NCBI GenBank assembly: GCA_043799105.1 | Contig: JAZDOB010000010.1 | Coordinates: forward strand, 10,516-74,515 | Direction: 5' to 3' | Length of the DNA: 64,000 bases | From: Candidatus Zambryskiibacteriota bacterium | Lineage (GTDB): Bacteria; Patescibacteriota; Minisyncoccia; Phycocordibacterales; WO2-35-19 | Shown: positions 39,781 through 48,309 of the stretch, one piece after another | How the letters are laid out: every line of letters begins with the position of its first letter | How positions within the stretch are numbered: position 1 is the first letter of the stretch | The notes under the pieces: generated by a model | Databases searched by the model: none | Told to the model about the DNA's origin: nothing | The model's input: the letters and a program-made list of their open reading frames with translations, nothing else | Translations under genes and position numbers: made by a program

Positions 39781-40828
39781 AACTATAAAAATTGGAAATA
39801 AAATAATTGCAGAAAATATGCCAGCATTTATTGTTGCTGAAATGTCGGGCAATCACAATCAGGACATAAATAGAGCCTTCGCTATTATTGATGCTGCGGC
39901 TTCAGCCGGAGCAGATGCTGTCAAACTCCAAACCTACACTCCGGAGACCATAACCATTGACGCGAACAACAAGCATTTTGTCATCAAGAGTCCAAATAAG
40001 GATTGGAATGGTAAAACTCTCTTTGGGTTGTATGGAGAGGCTTACACTCCGTGGGATTGGCAGCCGAAACTGAAAAAGTACGTAGAAAGCAAGGGTTTGA
40101 TTTGTTTTTCCACCCCATTTGACGATACCGCGGTTGATTTTTTGGAAAAAATGAAAGTTGGAGTTTATAAGGTTGCTTCTCCGGAAGTGGTGGACATACC
40201 TCTCTTGGAGCGTATAGGCAAAACCAGAAAACCGGTTATCATGTCCAGAGGCATGGCTACCATTTCCGAAATAAAACTGGCGCTAAAAACCCTTAGAGAA
40301 AACGGTTGCTCACAAGTGATTATACTTCAATGTGTGAGCGCTTATCCCGCCAAAGCAGAGGATATGAATCTTCTTACTATCTCGGACATTGAAAAGCGTT
40401 TTAAAACCATAGCTGGTCTCTCCGACCACAGTTTGACGACGGATATTGCGGTGGCGGCCGTGGCTTTAGGTGCGAAAGTTATTGAGAAGCATTTGACGCT
40501 GAAACGTTCTGATGGCGGACCGGACGCTGCCTTCTCGCTTGAGCCGGATGAATTCAAAAAAATGGTGGAAGCTATTAGAGTCGTAGAAAAAGCAGTTGGC
40601 AAACCTTTCTACGGATCCAAGAAAGGGGTAGGTGAAAATATTATGGGCAGAAAATCTTTGTTTGTTGTTAAAGATGTTAAAGCCGGAGAAAAATTTACCA
40701 GAGAAAACCTCAAATCAATACGGCCTGGCTACGGTTTGGAGCCGAAATATTACAGAAAGGTTTTAGGAAAGCTGGCGGCAAAAAATATTAGCAGGGGAAC
40801 GCCATTAAAATTAAATATGATCATATGA
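39770..40828 (+). CDS. Nonulosonic acid synthase (NeuB/PseI/LegI family) with C-terminal SAF domain
   Basis: …IIAENMPAFIVAEMSGNHNQDINRAFAIIDAAASAGADAVKLQTY… plus C-terminal SAF-like …GRKSLFVVKDVKAGEKFTRENLKSIRPGYGL. Confidence 0.85.
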   Translation: MKNKTIKIGNKIIAENMPAFIVAEMSGNHNQDINRAFAIIDAAASAGADAVKLQTYTPETITIDANNKHFVIKSPNKDWNGKTLFGLYGEAYTPWDWQPKLKKYVESKGLICFSTPFDDTAVDFLEKMKVGVYKVASPEVVDIPLLERIGKTRKPVIMSRGMATISEIKLALKTLRENGCSQVIILQCVSAYPAKAEDMNLLTISDIEKRFKTIAGLSDHSLTTDIAVAAVALGAKVIEKHLTLKRSDGGPDAAFSLEPDEFKKMVEAIRVVEKAVGKPFYGSKKGVGENIMGRKSLFVVKDVKAGEKFTRENLKSIRPGYGLEPKYYRKVLGKLAAKNISRGTPLKLNMII

Positions 40829-42015
40829 AGAAAAAATTAATGTCTGTGGGTGCCGGTCCTTTTCAAAAGAAAGGCATTGAAACTGCCAGAAAAATGGGCT
40901 TATATGTGATTGCTACCGATATGGACCCCAAAGCTGCCGGATTTTCCAGTGCCGATAAATCATATACAGTCGATGTTCGCGATGCGGAAAAAAATCTTAA
41001 AATCGCCAAAGCGGAAAAAATAAACGGGGTGATAGCCATAGCTTCCGATGTAAGCGTCATGACGGTTGCCACCGTAAATAAAGCACTTGGATTGGCAGGA
41101 ATTAATCCCGATGTAGCCGAACGCTGTATTGACAAGGAGCTGATGAGAAAAGCTTTCGTCGCTGGCGGAGTGCCGGCGCCAAAATTCTTCGGCATCCACA
41201 ATCTTGAAGAGTTGATGGAAAAATCCAAGTTGGTTAAATTTCCGGTTGTAGTCAAACCGGCCGATAGCGCCGGCAGCCGGGGAGTACAAAAGGTGGAGCG
41301 GCCGGAAGATTTGCCGAGGGCTTATGAAAAGGCAATCGGATATTCTCATAAGAAAAAGCTGGTTTTGGAAGAATTCATGGAAGGAGTGGAAGTGAGCGTT
41401 GAAGCCATGGTAGTAGGAGGAAAAATACACATAATGGCTTTGTCCGATAAAATAAGAACTGAGCCGCCATATCTCTTGGATATTCAGATAACTTTCCCTT
41501 CCGCTTATCCTAAAAAAGTTCAGGAGAAAATTATTTATGTGGCGAAACGGGCCATAAAAGCAGTCGGCGTTACGACCGGCCCCATACACATGGAACTTAT
41601 GATGACTCCGAATGGCCCGGTGCCGGTGGAACTTGCCGCCCGAGGCCCCGGCTTCAAGATTTTTTCAGATATTATCCCGATGGTTACCGGTATAGATGTC
41701 ATGAAAGCCGCCATTGATTTAGTTATGGGCAACAGGCCGAAACTGAGGCACACCAGAAAAAAATCCTCCACAATAAAATTTCTCTCGGCCATTGCCGGTA
41801 CGGTCAAATCAATCAAAGGAGTTGAAGAAATAAGAAAAATGAAAGGTATTTATGAGATTGAAATGTATGTAAAGCCGGGAGACAAAACCAAAGCTTTAAC
41901 CAGCGGCTCGGAAAGAATCGGCCACATCATATCTTTTGCTTCCACCCGCAAGGAATCAGTGAACGTTATCAATAAGGCTGTTAAAAAATTGAATGTAGAA
42001 ATTATTCCCGACTAA
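40825..42015 (+). CDS. ATP-grasp domain protein (carboxylate-amine ligase, likely glycan/nonulosonate modification)
   Basis: Pre-ATP-grasp and ATP-grasp layout (…KFPVVVKPADSAGSRGVQKV…LEEFMEGVEVSVEAMVVGGK…). Confidence 0.65.
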   Translation: MKKKLMSVGAGPFQKKGIETARKMGLYVIATDMDPKAAGFSSADKSYTVDVRDAEKNLKIAKAEKINGVIAIASDVSVMTVATVNKALGLAGINPDVAERCIDKELMRKAFVAGGVPAPKFFGIHNLEELMEKSKLVKFPVVVKPADSAGSRGVQKVERPEDLPRAYEKAIGYSHKKKLVLEEFMEGVEVSVEAMVVGGKIHIMALSDKIRTEPPYLLDIQITFPSAYPKKVQEKIIYVAKRAIKAVGVTTGPIHMELMMTPNGPVPVELAARGPGFKIFSDIIPMVTGIDVMKAAIDLVMGNRPKLRHTRKKSSTIKFLSAIAGTVKSIKGVEEIRKMKGIYEIEMYVKPGDKTKALTSGSERIGHIISFASTRKESVNVINKAVKKLNVEIIPD

Positions 42016-42016
42016 A

Positions 42017-42643
42017 ATGAACACTAAGGACAAAAAAATAATCATTGAAAGATACAAAAACCGCTTTAAAGAACACGGCATAAATGTCAAAGCTTTAGCT
42101 TCGGGAAATACAGAACGCCAGAGAATGAGATTTAAAGTCTTGAGCGAAGTTGGCAATCTGGAAGACCAGATTATTTTGGACATAGGATGCGGATTTGGCG
42201 ATTTTTACGCTTATCTCAAAGAGCAAGGCATAAAAGCTAAATATGTCGGCTTAGATATCTGCCCTCCTTTTATTGATGTCTGCAAAGAACGTTTTCCAGA
42301 GGCGCGTTTTGAGGTTGGTGATATTGAAAATTCAGTTCCCAAAGGAAAATTTGATTACATTATTTCCTCCCAGACCTTCAACAACAAACTTCAGTTTGGT
42401 GACAACGAAAAAGTCATACGAAATATCATTAAAAAAGGTTATAAAATATGCGAGAAGGGTATGGCCATAGATATGCTCACCAAATACGTTGATTTTGAAG
42501 AACCCCATCTGCACTATTATAGTCCGGAAGAAATTTTTACATTTTGTAAAAAACTTACCAAACGGGTCACACTCCGCCATGACTATCCTCTTTATGAATT
42601 TATGATTTATCTTTATAAAGACTTTAAGGGCTGGAAATCCTAA
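42017..42643 (+). CDS. Class I SAM-dependent methyltransferase
   Basis: ILDIGCGFGDFYAYL (motif I). Confidence 0.7.
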   Translation: MNTKDKKIIIERYKNRFKEHGINVKALASGNTERQRMRFKVLSEVGNLEDQIILDIGCGFGDFYAYLKEQGIKAKYVGLDICPPFIDVCKERFPEARFEVGDIENSVPKGKFDYIISSQTFNNKLQFGDNEKVIRNIIKKGYKICEKGMAIDMLTKYVDFEEPHLHYYSPEEIFTFCKKLTKRVTLRHDYPLYEFMIYLYKDFKGWKS

Positions 42644-42662
42644 AAACAAAAACCGCTAAATT

Positions 42663-43568
42663 ATGCAAACAATTTACTTGACACTTACCGTAGACCTGGA
42701 CCCCGATAATTTTGACGCTTCGATATTTGGCAAGGTGGATAAAATGTCGTGGAAAGGAATAGATGAAGGTTTACCGCCTTTTCTGGAAAAAATTGAAAAT
42801 CTCAAAGACTCATTTGGCAGTAAACCTTTGATTACTTGGTTTGTCAGAGCAGATAAGGAATTGTTTGATGTTTATGGTGATTATAATTATCTTTTAGGCC
42901 GCTATTCTGATTTTTTAAACAGACGATTAAAAGCTGGAGATGAAATAGGCTGGCATCCTCATGAAAATAAAATGAAAGATTTAATTTCTGCTCATGAAGC
43001 TCTCAAGCCCATCGATAAAAATTTTGTTTCGGTTCGTGTGGGCAATTCTTTTCATAACAATGATTTTATGCACGCTTTCTCAAAGTGGGGATTTAAAGTA
43101 GACAGCACAGCCTTACCGGGCAGAATCAGGAGCGACAAAGAACGTATTTTAGATTGGCGAGAAACTCCGGAGAAACCATATTTCCCGTCTGCTTCCGATT
43201 ACCGTTTGTCGGGTGGGGATTCCAGCGAAATTCTTGAGGTTCCTTTTTCAATGATTGAAACTCAAAGCAGTGAAGATCAAAAACCCATAAAAAGATATTT
43301 AAATTTGTCTTATGAGCATAATTTAATACAAAATTCACTTCGCTCTTTAATTGCCGAAAAGCAGTTGCTTGTTTCCATTGTTCACCCTTCGGAACTTTTG
43401 GACAAACAACCCAAGCACTCCATTATCGCTTTTGGTACTGATATAGCGACCAAAAATCTGGCTTTTATTTTGAAAGAAGCAGAAACTTATGACAAAAAAA
43501 TAAAATTTACGACAATGAAAGAAACAGGAGAACTGGTTAACCAAAAAATTATTTCTTATGCCAAATAG
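42663..43568 (+). CDS. Hypothetical protein (possible polysaccharide deacetylase/carbohydrate-esterase-like fold)
   Basis: …LTVDLDPDN…GWHPHEN… is weakly NodB-like. No firm assignment. Confidence 0.3.
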   Translation: MQTIYLTLTVDLDPDNFDASIFGKVDKMSWKGIDEGLPPFLEKIENLKDSFGSKPLITWFVRADKELFDVYGDYNYLLGRYSDFLNRRLKAGDEIGWHPHENKMKDLISAHEALKPIDKNFVSVRVGNSFHNNDFMHAFSKWGFKVDSTALPGRIRSDKERILDWRETPEKPYFPSASDYRLSGGDSSEILEVPFSMIETQSSEDQKPIKRYLNLSYEHNLIQNSLRSLIAEKQLLVSIVHPSELLDKQPKHSIIAFGTDIATKNLAFILKEAETYDKKIKFTTMKETGELVNQKIISYAK

Positions 43569-44664
43569 AACAAACAAAAAAATACTTGAACAAAAATTGG
43601 CTGAAATGCACGGCCGTCGGCACTGTCTTTTTGTTAGTCGGGCTACGGTAGCCATTTATCTGGCACTCAAATCTTTGGGCCACAAAAACGGGAAAGTAGT
43701 TATACCTTCTTTGGTATGTTTGAGTGTTCCTAATGCGGTTATTTACAGCGGGCTTAAGCCGATTTACTGTGACGTTAGTCTCAAGGATTTTAATATTGAT
43801 TTAAATAAGCTTGAAAAAATCTTAAGCGAAGAAAAAAATATACGAGTGGTAATAGTTCCTCATATGTATGGACATCCGACAAATATGAATCGCCTTATGT
43901 CTCTGGCAAATAAATTCAAAGTGGCTGTTATAGAAGATGTCGCCCAAGCCATGGGGGGTGATTTCCGGGGAAAAATTTTGGGCTCGTTTGGAGACTTCTC
44001 GGTGTTGAGTTTTGGCCACACCAAAATCATAGAAACTTCTGGCGGGGGAGCGCTTCTCTTTGATAAAGACGAATATAAAGAAAAAATAATCGAAACAGAA
44101 AAAGAACTTGCTTTGCTGAAGCAAAATAAAAAACTTGCAGAAATTTATTCGGAAACATATTATGCTCTTATGCCGCTTGCTCGCAAGCAAAAATCTCTAG
44201 CAGCTCTTTTTTCATCATTTCCTTATATTTTCAAAGACCTCTATCTTTTTGGCAGTTTTGATAATAACGTTATTCCCGGAATTTATAAAAAATTGTCAGA
44301 AATTAAAGATGCAGTTTCCAAAAGAAACAAAAATGCCAGATATTACAAAGAACATCTCATCCATCCCGCTATTGTCCACCCAGACTACAAGGGAAACGGA
44401 GTGTCTTGGAGATACAGCTTCCTTATAAAAGGCGATAAGCAGCAAGAAATTGCCAATGCTATAAGAAAAAAGGGCATAGACATAAGCAACTGGTATCACC
44501 CTGTCCATTTGATGTATGAATTTAATCATCCCAAACTAAAGAATGCCGAATACATAGGGGACCACATTTTCAATCTTTGGGTTTTACCCACGCTGACCAA
44601 AAAAGAATTAAAGAAGAATTCGGATGCTGTACTTAAAGTTCTTAATAGCCAACACTTTAAATGA
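43558..44664 (+). CDS. DegT/DnrJ-like PLP-dependent sugar aminotransferase/dehydratase (divergent)
   Basis: …LAEMHGRRHCLFVSRATVAIYLALKSLG…VVIPSLVCLSVPNAVIYSGLKPIYCDV…SFGHTKI…. Confidence 0.6.
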   Translation: MPNRTNKKILEQKLAEMHGRRHCLFVSRATVAIYLALKSLGHKNGKVVIPSLVCLSVPNAVIYSGLKPIYCDVSLKDFNIDLNKLEKILSEEKNIRVVIVPHMYGHPTNMNRLMSLANKFKVAVIEDVAQAMGGDFRGKILGSFGDFSVLSFGHTKIIETSGGGALLFDKDEYKEKIIETEKELALLKQNKKLAEIYSETYYALMPLARKQKSLAALFSSFPYIFKDLYLFGSFDNNVIPGIYKKLSEIKDAVSKRNKNARYYKEHLIHPAIVHPDYKGNGVSWRYSFLIKGDKQQEIANAIRKKGIDISNWYHPVHLMYEFNHPKLKNAEYIGDHIFNLWVLPTLTKKELKKNSDAVLKVLNSQHFK

Positions 44665-45677
44665 AAACAAATATAATCAAAGCGGCAGATAAGGATTTTA
44701 AAAAATTGTGGCTATCACTACGATCATCGGATCAGACCGAGTATCCTCAGTACTCATTTTTGGATATTGACTATTCCATAGAATATTTTTCCAGTTCGGT
44801 CTCTGAAAATTTTTCTTTTATTATCACAAATGATAGCGTGCCTATTATGGGTGTCATAATTGCTGGAATGATTAACCAAGACAAAAAAAGGGAACTCTCG
44901 GGATTTGGAAGGCCGATTTTTTGTATTGAAAATAGAAAAAATGAAAATTTTGATATTGATGAGGTTAAATCTTTGTTTAAGGAAGAATTAAATAAAGTTA
45001 TTGAAAAATTTCAGCCTGATAAAATAATTTTTAGAAATTTTGGTGATAGTTTATCGCTGATGGGTAGATTTCTTTTGGATATGGGGGCACAAATTTCTCC
45101 TCAATTTACAAATGTCATAGACTTGTCTCTTCCCGAGGCAAAGCTTAAATACAATTTGAGACACAGTTATCGCAGTCTTATAAATTGGGGCCTTAAAAAT
45201 CTAAAAATAGAAATTATTGATTCTAAAAACATTAGTGAAGAAAAAATGGAAGCTTTTAGGAAATTGCACATAGAAGTGGCTGGCAGAGAAACCCGTTCAA
45301 AAAAAACCTGGCAATATCAACTTGAAATGATTAAAAACAAAGAAACTTTCGCCATTTTTGGGTATTTGGGTGAAGAATTGGTGACTGCTGCCCTGTTTGA
45401 ATATAGCTCAAAATATTGTTTTTACGGGGTTTCCGCCTCAAAAAGGGAATTGTTTGACAAGCCTATGAGCCACGCTTTAATTTGGACCGCTATTCTCTAT
45501 GCTAAAAAAATCGGCTGCATTTTTTTTGAGACAGGCAAACAATTTTTTCCTTATCACAAACAATCCATAAAAATATCAAATAAAGATTTTGGGATAAGCA
45601 CTTTCAAAAGAGGTTTCGGTGGGGAAATATTTATCCGTAATAATATAATCTGGGAAAAAAATGAAGAACAAAAATAG
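44661..45677 (+). CDS. Hypothetical protein (possible GNAT/FemAB-like acyltransferase fold)
   Basis: No strong motif; secondary pattern is weakly FemAB/GNAT-like. Operon position is inside the sugar-modification block. Confidence 0.3.
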   Translation: MKTNIIKAADKDFKKLWLSLRSSDQTEYPQYSFLDIDYSIEYFSSSVSENFSFIITNDSVPIMGVIIAGMINQDKKRELSGFGRPIFCIENRKNENFDIDEVKSLFKEELNKVIEKFQPDKIIFRNFGDSLSLMGRFLLDMGAQISPQFTNVIDLSLPEAKLKYNLRHSYRSLINWGLKNLKIEIIDSKNISEEKMEAFRKLHIEVAGRETRSKKTWQYQLEMIKNKETFAIFGYLGEELVTAALFEYSSKYCFYGVSASKRELFDKPMSHALIWTAILYAKKIGCIFFETGKQFFPYHKQSIKISNKDFGISTFKRGFGGEIFIRNNIIWEKNEEQK

Positions 45678-46974
45678 CGGACAAAAATTGTGGGAAAAAG
45701 CCAAAAAAATTATTCCTGGCGGTAATCAGTTGCTGTCAAAGAGGGCGGAAATGTTTTTGCCTGATGGCTGGCCGGCTTATTACAAAAAGGCCAAGGGCAT
45801 TGAGGTGACCGATTTGGATGGGAAGAAATATTTGGATTTTTCACTTATGGGAGTGGGCTCGTGTATTCTCGGTTACGCTGACCCTGATATAAATAAAGCT
45901 GTAAAAAAAGCTATTGATGACGGCTCTATGTCTACTCTGAATTGCCCGGAAGAAGTGGAACTTGCTGAAAAACTGCTCGCTCTTCATCCATGGCCTGGAA
46001 TGGTCAGGTTTGCCAGGACAGGAGGGGAGGCCAATGCTATAGCCCTGAGGATTGCTAGAGTATATAGCGGAAAAGACAAGGTAGCGTTTTGTGGTTATCA
46101 CGGTTGGCATGATTGGTATCTTTCCAGTAATTTGGCATCGGATGAAAATTTAGACGGGCATTTGTTGCCTGGCTTGGAGCCCAAAGGAGTGCCCCGTGGC
46201 CTCCTTGAAACGGCTTTGCCTTTCCGTTACAACCATTTGGAAGAACTTGAGGCCATAGTCAAAAGACACGACATAGGAGTTATTTTTCTTGAAGCTATCC
46301 GACATGATGAACCGGAGAATAATTTTTTGGAAAGAGTTAGAAAAATCGCTTCACGTATCGGAGCAGTACTTATATTTGATGAAGTTTCTTCCGGTTTTCG
46401 CGATCGATTAGGTGGCGCTTATACTCGTTTTGGCGTAGAACCTGACATGGTGGTTTATGGTAAAGCTCTTGGTAATGGTTTTCCTATTACAGCTATTGTG
46501 GGCAGAAAAGAAATAATGGATGCAGCACAGAAAACTTTTATAAGCAGTACGCTTTGGACCGAAAGGATTGGGCCGGTTGCGGCTCTGGCTGTTATGAAAA
46601 AATTCAAGAAAGAAAACGTAGCTTCTTACATAAAAACCATCGGAGCTGAAATTGGTAAAGGTTGGAGAGAACTGGCTAAAAAGCACGGCTTGAATATTGA
46701 TGTCCATGGTCCGGAATATGTTATCAACTTTGCTTTTAATTATGATAATGCCCAAGAATTAAAAACCTTATTCATTCAAGAGATGTTGGATCTTGGTTTC
46801 TTATCCACCAATTTGGTCTATGTCACTTTTGCCCATAAAAAATCTCACGTTAAAAATTATCTCAAAGCCGTGGATAAAGTTTTTGGCATACTGAAAACAG
46901 CTATTAATAAAAATGATGTCAAAAGCCGTTTGCGCGGACCGGTAGCTCACACAGGTTTCCATAGATTGACTTAG
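45661..46974 (+). CDS. Class III PLP aminotransferase (glutamate-1-semialdehyde aminomutase-like)
   Basis: …AKKIIPGGNQLLSKRAEMF…GIEVTDLDGKKYLDF…DEVSSGFR…: GSA-aminomutase-family pattern. Confidence 0.75.
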   Translation: MKNKNSGQKLWEKAKKIIPGGNQLLSKRAEMFLPDGWPAYYKKAKGIEVTDLDGKKYLDFSLMGVGSCILGYADPDINKAVKKAIDDGSMSTLNCPEEVELAEKLLALHPWPGMVRFARTGGEANAIALRIARVYSGKDKVAFCGYHGWHDWYLSSNLASDENLDGHLLPGLEPKGVPRGLLETALPFRYNHLEELEAIVKRHDIGVIFLEAIRHDEPENNFLERVRKIASRIGAVLIFDEVSSGFRDRLGGAYTRFGVEPDMVVYGKALGNGFPITAIVGRKEIMDAAQKTFISSTLWTERIGPVAALAVMKKFKKENVASYIKTIGAEIGKGWRELAKKHGLNIDVHGPEYVINFAFNYDNAQELKTLFIQEMLDLGFLSTNLVYVTFAHKKSHVKNYLKAVDKVFGILKTAINKNDVKSRLRGPVAHTGFHRLT

Positions 46975-46983
46975 ACCCATATT

Positions 46984-47011
46984 TTGATATTTATCACAAC
47001 TTTAGTATTAT
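46984..47011 (+). promoter_or_regulatory. Candidate sigma70-like promoter TTGATA-16nt-TATTAT upstream of radical SAM/SPASM gene
   Basis: Hexamers at 46984-46989 and 47006-47011 in an AT-rich intergenic region. Confidence 0.35.
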
Positions 47012-47075
47012 AGACTATCTGTAATCAAAAATTATTAAAAGATGAATTTGATAAAAAAATAATTAATTAAATTTT

Positions 47076-48134
47076 ATGGAATTTATTAAAACTGACAAAT
47101 ATAAAAAGGGCAATTTTAAAAAACCAATTAGTTTTGATGACTTAAAAACATTGGAAAAAGTAAAAGTTAACCAAAAATTAGAACTTTTGCCCGATACTGC
47201 CAATATAGCTTTACTTGATAAATATGCCAAGATGGGTTTGAAAGTAATTCCCATTCGACGCATTTCCAGTCGGGATTGGTCGCAGAGAAAAGATTTTCCC
47301 AATAGAGTTCTTTTGGAAATGACCTCGCGTTGTAATTATAATTGTCGAATGTGTCCGCGTTATAATCTGACAAGGCCTAGGATTGATTTTGACAAAGATT
47401 TATATCTCAAAGTAATTGACGAGCTTGACCAGCACGGTATCCAGGGCATCTGGCTTTTCAATTTGGGCGAGCCGATTTTGCACCCAGACTGGAAAGAGAT
47501 TGTTGATTATGTGGGCAATAAAAAGAATATTGAAATGATTTGGTTTAGCACCAATGGTTTCGCATTTGATAGCGACTGCGCTGATTTTGTTTTAAAATCC
47601 AATATTACTTTTTTGAATTATTCTTTGCATGGGACCAATTCTAAAACTTACGGTTATGTTGCTCCAAAAATTAATTACAAGACTGTCAGAAAAAACCTGG
47701 AATATCTGCTGAAGAAAAAACAAGAATTGGGCCAAGGCCCGATAGTCCACATCCAGATGATTGACCAGGCTGGTACCCATGATAATATCAATGAATTTTT
47801 AGAGACATTTTATCAAACCGGCGAGATTGTAAGTATCAATGCTTTGGAATATGCCAATCTGCCGAATAACCAATACGGCCTGAGTCGAAAAAGACCGTCT
47901 CTTGTTAAAAAATGCAATCGGCTATCGAGAGGCGATTGTTTTATTGTTTCCAATGGCGACATCCAACCTTGTGAAGCCGCTTATAATGGCGAAATTCCAC
48001 TGGGCAACGTTAAAGAAAAACCGGTTAAAGAAATCTGGAATTCTCCAATTCGGCTTAAGATGCTGAAGCTCAACGATAAAGGTGAATTATTTAAGATAGA
48101 TCATTGCAGTAAATGCACGGATTATGATTTATAG
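47076..48134 (+). CDS. Radical SAM enzyme with C-terminal SPASM/twitch-like Cys-rich domain
   Basis: CxxxCxxC (LEMTSRCNYNCRMCPR). C-terminal Cys cluster (…CNRLSRGDCFIVSNGDIQPCEAAY…DHCSKCTDY). Confidence 0.7.
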   Translation: MEFIKTDKYKKGNFKKPISFDDLKTLEKVKVNQKLELLPDTANIALLDKYAKMGLKVIPIRRISSRDWSQRKDFPNRVLLEMTSRCNYNCRMCPRYNLTRPRIDFDKDLYLKVIDELDQHGIQGIWLFNLGEPILHPDWKEIVDYVGNKKNIEMIWFSTNGFAFDSDCADFVLKSNITFLNYSLHGTNSKTYGYVAPKINYKTVRKNLEYLLKKKQELGQGPIVHIQMIDQAGTHDNINEFLETFYQTGEIVSINALEYANLPNNQYGLSRKRPSLVKKCNRLSRGDCFIVSNGDIQPCEAAYNGEIPLGNVKEKPVKEIWNSPIRLKMLKLNDKGELFKIDHCSKCTDYDL

Positions 48135-48244
48135 AACAATAAAAATCGGTAAGAGAACTGTTGGCTCTAGGAAGTAAGGGTCAACTAGAAATTGAGTTCT
48201 TAGCGGGAGAGCTAAATCCCCGCTAGTCTTACAAATGAATACCG

Positions 48245-48276
48245 GGGGTGGCCAACACAGGTCACCCCTTTTTGTT
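48245..48276 (+). terminator. Intrinsic terminator
   Basis: ggggtggcc-aacaca-ggtcacccc followed by TTTTTGTT. Confidence 0.6.
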
Positions 48277-48309
48277 GATATTTTGATTTATTTTAGTATG
48301 ATATAACCC

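Noticed and set aside
40960-41589. 209-aa minus-strand ORF (and other long antisense ORFs such as 2558-3034, 39052-39630, 52564-53001)
   Set aside because: All lie antisense within strongly supported genes (ATP-grasp, VirD4-like ATPase, cytidylyltransferase, secA); there are no motifs, so they are shadow ORFs.
48235-48306. Possible tiny ORF (MNTGGGQHRSPLFVDILIYFSMI) after the radical SAM/SPASM gene, considered as a RiPP precursor
   Set aside because: It coincides exactly with the intrinsic terminator hairpin (ggggtggcc…ggtcacccc+T-run). It has no RBS and none of the Cys/Gly-rich core typical of SPASM substrates.
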